A stretch of DNA of 64,000 nt from Myxococcota bacterium (GTDB taxonomy: Bacteria; Myxococcota_A; Polyangia; Nannocystales; Nannocystaceae), in the NCBI GenBank assembly GCA_039028615.1, contig JBCCHT010000001.1, forward strand, positions 1-64,000, written 5' to 3'. The notes under the pieces are model-generated. The model made no database searches. It was given only the letters and a program-made list of their open reading frames with translations, and was not told the DNA's origin. The translations under genes and the position numbers were made by a program. The stretch's first letter is position 1. Each line of letters opens with the position of its first letter. Positions 54,469 to 64,000 of the stretch are shown piece after piece.

Positions 54469-56445
54469 ATGCCCGTGTTCCGTTCGTGTCCCACTCGCCT
54501 CATCCCCCCCGCACTCTGCGTGCCACTTTTCATGCTCGCGCTCGGCAGCGCGCCCGCTCAAGCGTCCGACGACGGCACTCCGCAAAGCGGACTGTTCCTC
54601 GAGGCCGGTTATGTGCAGGGCGAGTACGAGATGCGCATCGCATCGATGCTCGACGGCACCAGCCGCATCAGCCACCACGTTAAGACCGGCGATGAAGTGT
54701 ACGAGATCGTACTCGACGAGGGGGTCGAGTCACCCGAGTACAACAGCTTCGTGAGGGTCCCCGGCGAGATGGCCGTCGACGGTCGGTGGGACGCCGACGA
54801 GCTCGTCGTGCTCTCGCCTCCGCCCGAGCCGCTCATCGACGCGGAGCCCCGAGCTGCGCGTCGCGTCGGCACGGTGCTGGTGTTTTGGGAGGGGGGCGGC
54901 CTGCCGAATGCGCAGGCGAACAACAGCATGTTCACGGCGGACGACTCGACGAACGTCTACTACGGGGAGAACTCGTACGGCATCGAGACGATGGCGGGCA
55001 AAGTCTTCGGCCCCTACCAGATCGACAACCCCGGGGGCTGCAACACCAACCAGATCGTCAACCTGGCCGACCAGGCGATGATCGAGCGCGGTCACGACCC
55101 CAGCGACTACCGCCAGATGATGTACCACTTCCCCGGTGGTCTCGGCTGCGGCTTCGCCGGCCTGGCCTCGGTAGGCTCGCCGGAGAACCCGGCCCGCAAC
55201 AGCTGGTACAGCGGCTCCTTCGGCTGCGTCGTCCGCAACCAGGAGCTCGGCCACAACTACGGCATGGGCCACTCGCACGCATACTCGTGCCCGCCCGTGC
55301 CCGACGGCATGGACCACAACATCTACTCGGATTGCAGCCACATCGAGTACGGCCACCCCTACGATCCGATGGGCGGCGGCTGTGGCCACATGAACGTGGT
55401 CCAAAAGACGTTCATGGGCTGGCTCGACGAGTGCAACGTCGTGACCACGACCAGCAGCGGCATCTTCAACCTGCTGCCCACCGAGTGGCCCTGCAACGGC
55501 ACCCAGGCGCTGGTCTTCCCCGCGTCGGACGGCCGCTACTACCACCTCGAGTACCGCAACGGTGACGGCGAGTTTTCCATCGGCGGGGGCGTGCTCGTCA
55601 ACATCGCCCCCGAGGTGCAGGGCTTCGGTCCCACCGGCTACGTCCTCGACGAGCTGGGCGAGAACAGCAACGGCTACCTGCACGCAGGCGATAGCTTCAC
55701 CGATCCCGGCACGGCCGAGATCCCCGGCGCGGAGGGGCGGCCCCCCATCCCCGCGCAGCCGAGCTCGGGTAGCTTCACCATCCTCGAGGAGTACGACACG
55801 CACGTCGTGATCCAGGTCGACCTGGCCGACAGCGATGGTGCGCAGCCGACCTGCCGCGGCGGTGGCAACCCCATCGACGACGAGGGAGCCATCGGCTCGC
55901 TCGAATGCACGGGGGCTCCCTTCCCCGCCGACGAGACTCCGCCCGAGGTCACGATCACCTTCCCCGAGGACGGACAGGTCTTCGAGCCCGGCTCGGACTT
56001 CGTCATCACCGCGGATGCGACCGACGACCGCCAGGTCATCGAGGTCGAGCTGTACCTCAACGGCGAGCCGTTCAGCGTGCTGACCCAGCCGCCGTGGGAG
56101 TGGCCCGCCACCGGGATCCCCGAGGGCGACTACGAGTTCGGCGTGGTGGCTCGCGACGCCCGGTCGTGGACCCCGTCCAACGCGGTGGCGATCTCCGTCT
56201 CCGGCGACGAACAGCCCAGCGACGAGACGGGAGCCGACGGCACCGCAGGTGAGGACGACAGCCTCCCCGGCGAGAGCAGCAGCGCGACCGACGGTGACGA
56301 CGGCGAAGGCACCACCACTGGTGGCGACACGGCCGGCCAGACCGAGCCTGGCGGCTGCGCTTGCAACCAGCCCGGCAACGCAGGCGGCTACGGCTTCGGC
56401 CTGATGGTCCTGGCCATGGCCTGGATGCGCCGTCGCAACGACTGA
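54469..56445 (+). CDS. Secreted M11 (gametolysin)-like metallopeptidase with Ig-like domain and MYXO-CTERM-like tail
   Basis: Signal peptide; QELGHNYGMGH; EYG..YDPMG; Ig-like domain from PPEVTITFPEDG; GCAC...WMRRR. Confidence 0.85.
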   Translation: MPVFRSCPTRLIPPALCVPLFMLALGSAPAQASDDGTPQSGLFLEAGYVQGEYEMRIASMLDGTSRISHHVKTGDEVYEIVLDEGVESPEYNSFVRVPGEMAVDGRWDADELVVLSPPPEPLIDAEPRAARRVGTVLVFWEGGGLPNAQANNSMFTADDSTNVYYGENSYGIETMAGKVFGPYQIDNPGGCNTNQIVNLADQAMIERGHDPSDYRQMMYHFPGGLGCGFAGLASVGSPENPARNSWYSGSFGCVVRNQELGHNYGMGHSHAYSCPPVPDGMDHNIYSDCSHIEYGHPYDPMGGGCGHMNVVQKTFMGWLDECNVVTTTSSGIFNLLPTEWPCNGTQALVFPASDGRYYHLEYRNGDGEFSIGGGVLVNIAPEVQGFGPTGYVLDELGENSNGYLHAGDSFTDPGTAEIPGAEGRPPIPAQPSSGSFTILEEYDTHVVIQVDLADSDGAQPTCRGGGNPIDDEGAIGSLECTGAPFPADETPPEVTITFPEDGQVFEPGSDFVITADATDDRQVIEVELYLNGEPFSVLTQPPWEWPATGIPEGDYEFGVVARDARSWTPSNAVAISVSGDEQPSDETGADGTAGEDDSLPGESSSATDGDDGEGTTTGGDTAGQTEPGGCACNQPGNAGGYGFGLMVLAMAWMRRRND

Positions 56446-56463
56446 GCTCGCATCGCGAACGAC

Positions 56464-56503
56464 AACGGACGCCCGTCACCGACGCGGCGTCCGTTTTTGT
56501 TTT
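56464..56503 (+). terminator. Intrinsic terminator
   Basis: AACGGACGCC...GGCGTCCGTT followed by TTTGTTTT. Confidence 0.8.
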
Positions 56504-56509
56504 CGAAGG

Positions 56510-57073
56510 TCAGTTCGGCTCGTCCATCGGCCGCGGGATCACCAGCTGCACGTCGTCGAGTCGATGCCCGAAGTCTCCGCCCACGTCGATGGTTCGCTCG
56601 GCCCGCGGCCGCGGCCCGTCGCCGGGCACGACCAACACGTACTGACCTTCGCGGATCGTCGCCCCGACCGAGAACGTGCCCTGCGGATCGGTCGTTCCAT
56701 GAGCGACCTTGCGCCCCAGCGGCCCGCCGATGGCGGTGGGAGCCTCGAACACTTCGACCTCGACGCGCCCCGGAGAGGCTCCGGTCGATCCCGGTCCGCC
56801 TTCGATCGACACCCGCCCGCGAATCTGGGTGATCGCGCCGCCCGTCGTGTCGCCGTAGGAGCAGCGGAAATCCATCGGTCCGGGTGTGCCATCTCCCATC
56901 GGGTCGACGGCGTCGTCCGGGCACACGGCCGGTGTCCCGTAGGCCACCCGTCCTGCATGGCGCATGCGCGGTCCATCCTTCTTTGGTTTGCTGCACCCGG
57001 TCGCCCCCATCGAGGCGCCCATGAGCGCCGCCAGCGCCAAACGGAAACAGCGTGTGCGAACCGGCCCGACCAT
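56510..57073 (-). CDS. Hypothetical lipoprotein (carboxypeptidase-regulatory-like fold)
   Basis: ATG-C lipobox, IRGRV...TTDPQGTF...GQYVL. Confidence 0.7.
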   Translation of the reverse strand: MVGPVRTRCFRLALAALMGASMGATGCSKPKKDGPRMRHAGRVAYGTPAVCPDDAVDPMGDGTPGPMDFRCSYGDTTGGAITQIRGRVSIEGGPGSTGASPGRVEVEVFEAPTAIGGPLGRKVAHGTTDPQGTFSVGATIREGQYVLVVPGDGPRPRAERTIDVGGDFGHRLDDVQLVIPRPMDEPN

Positions 57074-57178
57074 GGTCGCGGCATCGTGCCACTGCGGCTG
57101 CGGCTTGCCTACGCGCGCCCCCGAAAGGCCCATTGTGACGCGGTTGACCCCCTAGTCGGAGGTGGTAAGACTGTTCGC

Positions 57179-57913
57179 ATGCAGCAGGGCTACCAGCAGC
57201 AGCCTCACTACCAGCCAGGCGCCCAGATGGGCCAGGGCCCGCAGCTTCACGATGGCGTCGTTCAGTTCATGAACGGGGTGTACGCGTGGATGGCTGCCGG
57301 CGTCGCCGTCACGGCCGCCGTCGCCTACGGCATCTCGCAGTCGCCCCAAGCTCTGCTGACCTTCTTCAGCCCCTACGGAGGCATGACCATCCTGGGCTGG
57401 GTCGCAATGTTCGCCCCCTTGGGCATCTTGCTGATCTTCGGCGGTCGCCTCATGAGCATGAGCCGCGGTGCTGCCACCGCCATCTTCATGCTGCTGGCCG
57501 TCTGCTACGGCGTCACCTTCTCGCTCGTTCCCCTGCTGTTCAGCGTCGGGGCCATCTTCAAGGCCTTCCTCGCCACCATGGGCATGTTCGGGGCCATGGC
57601 CGCCTTCGGGTACTTCACCAAGAAGGACCTCAGCGGCATCGGCCAGTTCCTGCTGATGGCGCTGTTCGGCATCATCATCGCCAGCCTGGTCAACGTGTTC
57701 TTCGTCAAGAGCGTGGGCATGCACATGGCCATCGACGTGCTCGTCGTCCTGGTCTTTGCCGGCCTCACCGCCTACGACACCCAGAAGCTCAAGCAGATCT
57801 ACCTGGTGCACGGAGCCGTCGGGAACATCGCCATCGTCGGTGCGCTCAACCTGTACATCGACTTCATCGCCATGTTCCGCGCCCTCCTCCACCTGATGAG
57901 CAGCGGCGAATAA
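57179..57913 (+). CDS. Bax inhibitor-1/YccA family membrane protein
   Basis: VYAWMAAG, GYFTKKDLS, AYDTQKLK, ALNLYIDF; about 7 TM helices. Confidence 0.95.
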   Translation: MQQGYQQQPHYQPGAQMGQGPQLHDGVVQFMNGVYAWMAAGVAVTAAVAYGISQSPQALLTFFSPYGGMTILGWVAMFAPLGILLIFGGRLMSMSRGAATAIFMLLAVCYGVTFSLVPLLFSVGAIFKAFLATMGMFGAMAAFGYFTKKDLSGIGQFLLMALFGIIIASLVNVFFVKSVGMHMAIDVLVVLVFAGLTAYDTQKLKQIYLVHGAVGNIAIVGALNLYIDFIAMFRALLHLMSSGE

Positions 57914-57935
57914 CCCCGCCGCTTCTCCGCCCGAC

Positions 57936-57968
57936 AAAGGCCCGCGCCCACCAGGGAGCGGGCCTTTT
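57936..57968. terminator. Bidirectional intrinsic terminator
   Basis: AAAGGCCCGC...GCGGGCCTTTT between convergent genes. Confidence 0.8.
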
Positions 57969-57981
57969 CGATTTCGAACGC

Positions 57982-58929
57982 TCAGCTCTTGCGGCGGCTC
58001 CGGCCCGACAACACCCGAAACCGCCTCCGCGCCCGCTCGACCAGCTCGCCCACGACCTCTCCGCCCGACACGCCGCGGCGCCGAAACACCCCCGCCATCA
58101 GCGGTGCGGGGCCGTCCCTCAGGTCTCGCACCTGCACGTTCTGTGGCAGGAACGACAACCGAAAGCGGCTCACCACCGCGGGCCCGAACCCCCGCGCCAC
58201 CATCTCCACCACGCGCGGAGTCGAAGCGACCTCGAACGCCGGGTTCAACACCAGGGGCCCCGTCCGATACTGCGCGAACTCCCGCTCCAGTCGCTCGCGC
58301 GCCGGGCCCACCCGCGGCACCACCAGCGGCACTCCATCCAAGTCGGACAGTCGCACGCGAGCGGGCAGCTCTCCGGCGAAGTCCCGCGGCACGATCACCG
58401 CCCACGGCAGCGGGCCCAACGACTCGAACGACAGCCGCGGCGGCACGCCCTGCGGATCCAAGGTGCCGAACCCCAGGTCCACGTGCCCCGCATCCACGGC
58501 GTCGAGCAACCGATCGTCCGGGTACTCCACCACCTGCACCGACAAGTCCGACGACGCCTCGCGCAGCTCCACCAAGATGTCGGCCAGCAGGTCGAAGGAC
58601 CCCGCCAAGGTCCCCAGCCGCAACGACCTCCGCGTCTGCTGCAGTGCGTCCCGCGTGTTCACGTTCCATTGCTCCCACGCCCGCAGCTGCACCCGAGCCC
58701 GGCGCGCCAGCTCCTGCCCCGCGGGCGTGAGGACCCCCTGCCGTTGTCCTGGTGCGCGCTGCAACAATTCCGGCGCGTCGAAAGCCTGCTCGAGCTTCGC
58801 CAACACCCGCATGTAGGTCGCCCGCGAGCGCCCCGTAGCCCGCGCTGCCGCCTGGATCGAGCGTCGTTTCGCCACCTCGAGGAACGCCTCGAGATCGGCG
58901 AGACTCGGGGTTTCCATATGCTCATTCAC
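57982..58929 (-). CDS. LysR-family transcriptional regulator
   Basis: N-terminal HTH (SIQAAARATG), LTPAG, VDLG, MVARGFG. Confidence 0.9.
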   Translation of the reverse strand: MNEHMETPSLADLEAFLEVAKRRSIQAAARATGRSRATYMRVLAKLEQAFDAPELLQRAPGQRQGVLTPAGQELARRARVQLRAWEQWNVNTRDALQQTRRSLRLGTLAGSFDLLADILVELREASSDLSVQVVEYPDDRLLDAVDAGHVDLGFGTLDPQGVPPRLSFESLGPLPWAVIVPRDFAGELPARVRLSDLDGVPLVVPRVGPARERLEREFAQYRTGPLVLNPAFEVASTPRVVEMVARGFGPAVVSRFRLSFLPQNVQVRDLRDGPAPLMAGVFRRRGVSGGEVVGELVERARRRFRVLSGRSRRKS

Positions 58930-58932
58930 GAG

Positions 58933-58945
58933 TACATTTTATGCA
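58933..58945. promoter_or_regulatory. Candidate LysR T-N11-A box
   Basis: TACATTTTATGCA near-palindrome in the AT-rich gap between the LysR gene and its divergent gene. Confidence 0.45.
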
Positions 58946-58995
58946 CATAAACGTTCCATCTTGTAGACATTTCCAGTGGCGCTATCCTAGCCTCG

Positions 58996-60930
58996 ATGAA
59001 GCTCACGGGTCGTGTTTTGTGGCTGACAGAGGACTCTTCGCTCGTCGCGCGCCAACTGGGCGGCGAGGACCTCGACGTAAAGCCCGAAGACACGCCCGCG
59101 ATGCACTACGGGGTCAATACCGACGCGATGATCAACGGGGCGGCCTGCACCCTGGGCTACACCGGCGAGATCCTCGGCCCCTACTTCCTGCAAAACTTCC
59201 AGGAGAAGGTCTCCAAGGACGACGTCAAGGACGGCGGCTTCCAGGTCGTAGTGGGCGGTGACGCGTACGGCTCGGGCAGCAGCCGCGAGGTCGCCGTGGT
59301 GGCGCACCAAGGCGCGGGCATCCAGCTCGTCGTGGCCAAGAGCCTGCAGCGCATCTTCCAAGAGAACACGGTCTACTGCGGCCTGCCCTTCACCACCGAC
59401 TTCGGCGTGCTGCATCGCCTCATCGACGGCGAGGACATCGACCTGGGCACGCTCGCCCACGCCCTGCCCCCCTTCTTCCGCGCCGTGGCCGAGCGCGGCG
59501 GTCTGATGCGCTACGGCACCGCGCTGCTGGCCGGCGAGGTCGAGCCCACCTACGAGACCGACGTCGCCGCACGCCCGATGACCTGCATCGAGAAGATCTG
59601 CGCCAACAAGGTGTGGACCGGGCACGACAAGCCGCAAGGCATGGCCGCGGTGGCTCCCGGCGACCAGGTGCTGTGCGAGGCCGGCTTCCGCGGCATGCAC
59701 GAGTACACGGGCGCGATGGTGATGTCGCTGTACGCCGACGAGTGGGGCAAGGCACCCGTGCACCAGCCCGAGCTCGTCGCCGCCTTCGAAGACCACTTCG
59801 TGCTCATCAACGAGGACACGGTCCCCGAGCGCGTCAAGCTTCAGCGCCTCGACCCCGCCCGCCGTCTCCGCGACGAGATGGTCGAGGCCTGCGAGCGCAA
59901 CGGCATCCGCCTGCACGGCCCCGATCGCCCGCTGCCCGCCGGCGTCTGCCACCGCCTGGTGGTCGAAGACTACGCGCGGCCCGGCGACGTCATCGTGCTC
60001 ACCGACAGCCACACCCCGACCGCGGGCGTGCTCAATGCCTTCGCCTTCGGCGTCGGCAGCCGAGCGATGGCCTTCGCCCTGCGCACCGGCCTCATCCCGG
60101 TCACCGTCCCCAAGACGGTGCGGGTCATCGTCGAGGGCGACGCCAAGGGCGTGCTCACGCCCAAGGACCTCATCCTCCACCTCATCGGCGACCCGTACTT
60201 CCGCGACGAGCAGTGGCGCGAGTCTCCCACCGACACCTGCGCGATCCAGCTGGGCGGCCCCGGCCTCGACCAGTGGAACGTCGACGAGCTCAGCGTGCTG
60301 ACCAACATGACGGTCGAGGGCGGCTTGATGACGGGCATCGTCGAGCCCTGCGAGCCGGTACGACGCTTCGTGGCCGAGCGTCCCGGGGCCGAGGCCGACG
60401 ACCTGCTGTCGCGCTTCGTCAGCCCCGACCCCGATGCGGTCTACGCCCGCACCATCACCATCAACCTCGACGACGTGCCGCTCACCGTCGCGACCCCGGG
60501 CGACTCGCGGAACCGCCAGCCGCTCACCGAGGTCTCCGGGGAGGCCATTCACAACGTGGTGATCGCCTCGTGCACGGGCGGCTCGCTCTCCGACCTGCGC
60601 GCGGCCGACCACGTGCTGCGGGGGCACGCGCTGCACGACAAAGTGCGCCTGACGGTGACGCCCTCGAGCGCGGCCGTGTCTCGCGAAGCGGAGTCCGAAG
60701 GCATCCTCGAGCGGTTCCGAGCCCTCGGCGCCGTGGTGACCTCGCCCGGCTGTGGCTCGTGCATCGGCAATGGTCCCGGCATCCCGCTCGAGGGCGAGAC
60801 CACCGCGAGCACGACCAACCGCAACTTCGATCGACGCATGGGCGGGCCCGGGCCCGTCTACCTCGTGTCCCCCGCAGTTGCGGCCGCGTCGGCGATCACG
60901 GGTTCGCTCACGGACCCGCGCGCGCTGTAG
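58996..60930 (+). CDS. Aconitase-family dehydratase, swivel (LeuD-like) domain fused N-terminal to a LeuC-like domain
   Basis: NTD, YGSGSSRE, RIFQEN; later DH, DSHT, ASCTGG, GCGSCIG, STTNRNF..RMG. Confidence 0.9.
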   Translation: MKLTGRVLWLTEDSSLVARQLGGEDLDVKPEDTPAMHYGVNTDAMINGAACTLGYTGEILGPYFLQNFQEKVSKDDVKDGGFQVVVGGDAYGSGSSREVAVVAHQGAGIQLVVAKSLQRIFQENTVYCGLPFTTDFGVLHRLIDGEDIDLGTLAHALPPFFRAVAERGGLMRYGTALLAGEVEPTYETDVAARPMTCIEKICANKVWTGHDKPQGMAAVAPGDQVLCEAGFRGMHEYTGAMVMSLYADEWGKAPVHQPELVAAFEDHFVLINEDTVPERVKLQRLDPARRLRDEMVEACERNGIRLHGPDRPLPAGVCHRLVVEDYARPGDVIVLTDSHTPTAGVLNAFAFGVGSRAMAFALRTGLIPVTVPKTVRVIVEGDAKGVLTPKDLILHLIGDPYFRDEQWRESPTDTCAIQLGGPGLDQWNVDELSVLTNMTVEGGLMTGIVEPCEPVRRFVAERPGAEADDLLSRFVSPDPDAVYARTITINLDDVPLTVATPGDSRNRQPLTEVSGEAIHNVVIASCTGGSLSDLRAADHVLRGHALHDKVRLTVTPSSAAVSREAESEGILERFRALGAVVTSPGCGSCIGNGPGIPLEGETTASTTNRNFDRRMGGPGPVYLVSPAVAAASAITGSLTDPRAL

Positions 60931-61001
60931 CGCAGCCTTCGGCCCCCCAAACGACATTCTTTGCCCATACCGGGGCCCTTTGCGCATGCTACCGTGATGG
61001 G

Positions 61002-61784
61002 GTGTCCTGGCTGGCCGCCGCTGCGCTCGCCGGGCTCGCTGCTGCCGAGCCCGCGCCTACCGAGCCTCCCTCGATGACGGCGCCTGCGGTCGAGCCGGCT
61101 GCACCCACGCCGCCGCCGCTGCCCGCCGATCCGGCCGAAACGGCAGAGACCACCGCGACCCCGCCGAACCCCGAGACGGCGCCCGGTCCCACGCCCGCCC
61201 CGATACCCGTGCAGCGGGTCAACCCGCAGCCCGATGGCGCCGGTCTCTTCGACCCGTGGGCACCGCCGCTGCAGACGGTCGTGCCGCGCAACCCGGTGGC
61301 GCCGCGTGCCGTTTCGTTGAGCCCCCGCCGCTCGATGGCGCCGACCGCCGTGATGGCCGGGCTCGATGTGCCGCTGCTCGACCCGTGGAGCCACCCGCGA
61401 CGGCAGGCCCCGGCTCCCGTCGTCGAGGCGGACCTGCGCCATCCCTTCACCGCGACCATGGGCACCGGAGTCTCGCGCCTCGCCCGCGCCGACTTGCGGG
61501 AGCCCTTCGGCCGAGAGGGGCGTGCCCAGGCTCAGGCCGCGGCGACGCCCACCTCCGCACCGAGCCCCACCGAGCGCGACGAGCTGCGCGACCCCTTTGG
61601 CCGTGCCCCCGTCGCGCCCGCGTCATCGACTTGCAACCCGGGCACGAGCCCGAACGCAGACGATGCCGCCAGTCCCCGACCGCCGTGCCTGCCCGCGACG
61701 CCGTCCTCGGTCGTGGCGCCTCCGAGTGAGCCGCCCCCCGCCGCACCGACGGTCGAGTCCCCGCGTGCGGACCCTTCGGCGTGA
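61002..61784 (+). CDS. Exported Pro-rich protein with DPW / L-R-x-P-F motifs
   Basis: Hydrophobic N-terminus; LFDPW, LLDPW, DLRHPF, DLREPF, ELRDPF. Confidence 0.65.
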   Translation: MSWLAAAALAGLAAAEPAPTEPPSMTAPAVEPAAPTPPPLPADPAETAETTATPPNPETAPGPTPAPIPVQRVNPQPDGAGLFDPWAPPLQTVVPRNPVAPRAVSLSPRRSMAPTAVMAGLDVPLLDPWSHPRRQAPAPVVEADLRHPFTATMGTGVSRLARADLREPFGREGRAQAQAAATPTSAPSPTERDELRDPFGRAPVAPASSTCNPGTSPNADDAASPRPPCLPATPSSVVAPPSEPPPAAPTVESPRADPSA

Positions 61785-61855
61785 GTCCTCCACCACCCGG
61801 CAGCGGGTGTGATCCGTGGAAGACCCGGGGCGTGGCCTGCTAGCGTGGCCGCGCA

Positions 61856-63430
<1,575 letters not shown>

Positions 63431-63624
63431 TCCGATCCTGCCTCCGGGCGGGTCCGACACGCAAACGAGCAGGGTCGTCCGAGGGGGCACCCCGCTCGAG
63501 TTCGTCGGGCGTCGCTCGAATTTCGGCCCCGCGACGGGGGCAGGTGGGAGCATCCCCGACCGCGTGTCGATCCTCGCCTCCACCCTCGTGCGGATGAGCG
63601 TTTCGGGCTAGATTTGCCGCGCTC

Positions 63625-64000
63625 GTGGGCAAGAAGAAGCGAAGGAGAAACGCCGCCGCGCGGCGAAAGCACAAGCGCCCCGCCGCGTCGTCGGCCCCCG
63701 CCGAGTTCGAGGCGGACCCGCTCGCGAGCGAGGACGAGCCCGAGGCGATCGAGGCCGCCGCGGACGAAGCCGAGACCGACGTCGACGACGACGCCAGCCC
63801 CTCGCCAGCCGAAGAGTCGGTCGCGCCCGCCAAGCCCTCCTCGGCCGTGCTGGTGCCGCCCGCGACGGTGCCCATGCCCACCGGGCCCAGCACGCCGACC
63901 GTGCCCCGCTCCATGCGCCTGGCCCTGGGGGCGAGCATCGGTGCGGCCTTGCTGTCGACCAGCGTCGCGCTGTTCGCGGTGCTGCGCGGAGGCCCGACCG
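63625..64000 (+). CDS. Partial membrane-anchored protein (runs off the window)
   Basis: GTG start, basic then acidic low-complexity region, TM helix, no stop before the window end. Confidence 0.6.
   Translation, partial: MGKKKRRRNAAARRKHKRPAASSAPAEFEADPLASEDEPEAIEAAADEAETDVDDDASPSPAEESVAPAKPSSAVLVPPATVPMPTGPSTPTVPRSMRLALGASIGAALLSTSVALFAVLRGGPT

Noticed and set aside
63431..63624. Possible structured RNA after the aldehyde dehydrogenase (CGACACGC/GCGTGTCG pairing); similar hairpins at 2244-2410
   Set aside because: Single copy, GC-rich pairing expected by chance, no covariation evidence

Overview
GC-rich myxobacterial chromosome segment, most like Nannocystaceae (many Cys-rich lipoproteins with Thr/Ser/Gly linkers, MYXO-CTERM-like tails, a PilZ protein). 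About 60 CDS mix housekeeping genes (pilD, rsfS, rlmH, comF, smpB, two LolC/E-type permeases, tatA, moeA, gcvP) with secreted hydrolases and lipoproteins. I found no tRNA, rRNA, CRISPR array, transposase, integrase or reverse transcriptase. Two things stand out. (1) A non-coding 154-158 nt multi-stem repeat occurs five times (3 forward, 2 reverse), with an invariant core and a covarying outer stem. Each copy sits in a roughly 0.3-1.2 kb halo of strand-specific cytosine depletion that follows the copy's orientation and changes synonymous codons in neighbouring genes. Two inverted pairs each bracket a small membrane ORF. (2) A splicease-like radical SAM/SPASM enzyme is co-oriented with a zinc-ribbon-leader lipoprotein that lacks the canonical YG motif but carries F-Y-A-G. 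Also notable is an M11-like metallopeptidase with QExxH in place of HExxH. All family calls are by-eye motif recognition; no searches were run and start codons are best guesses.
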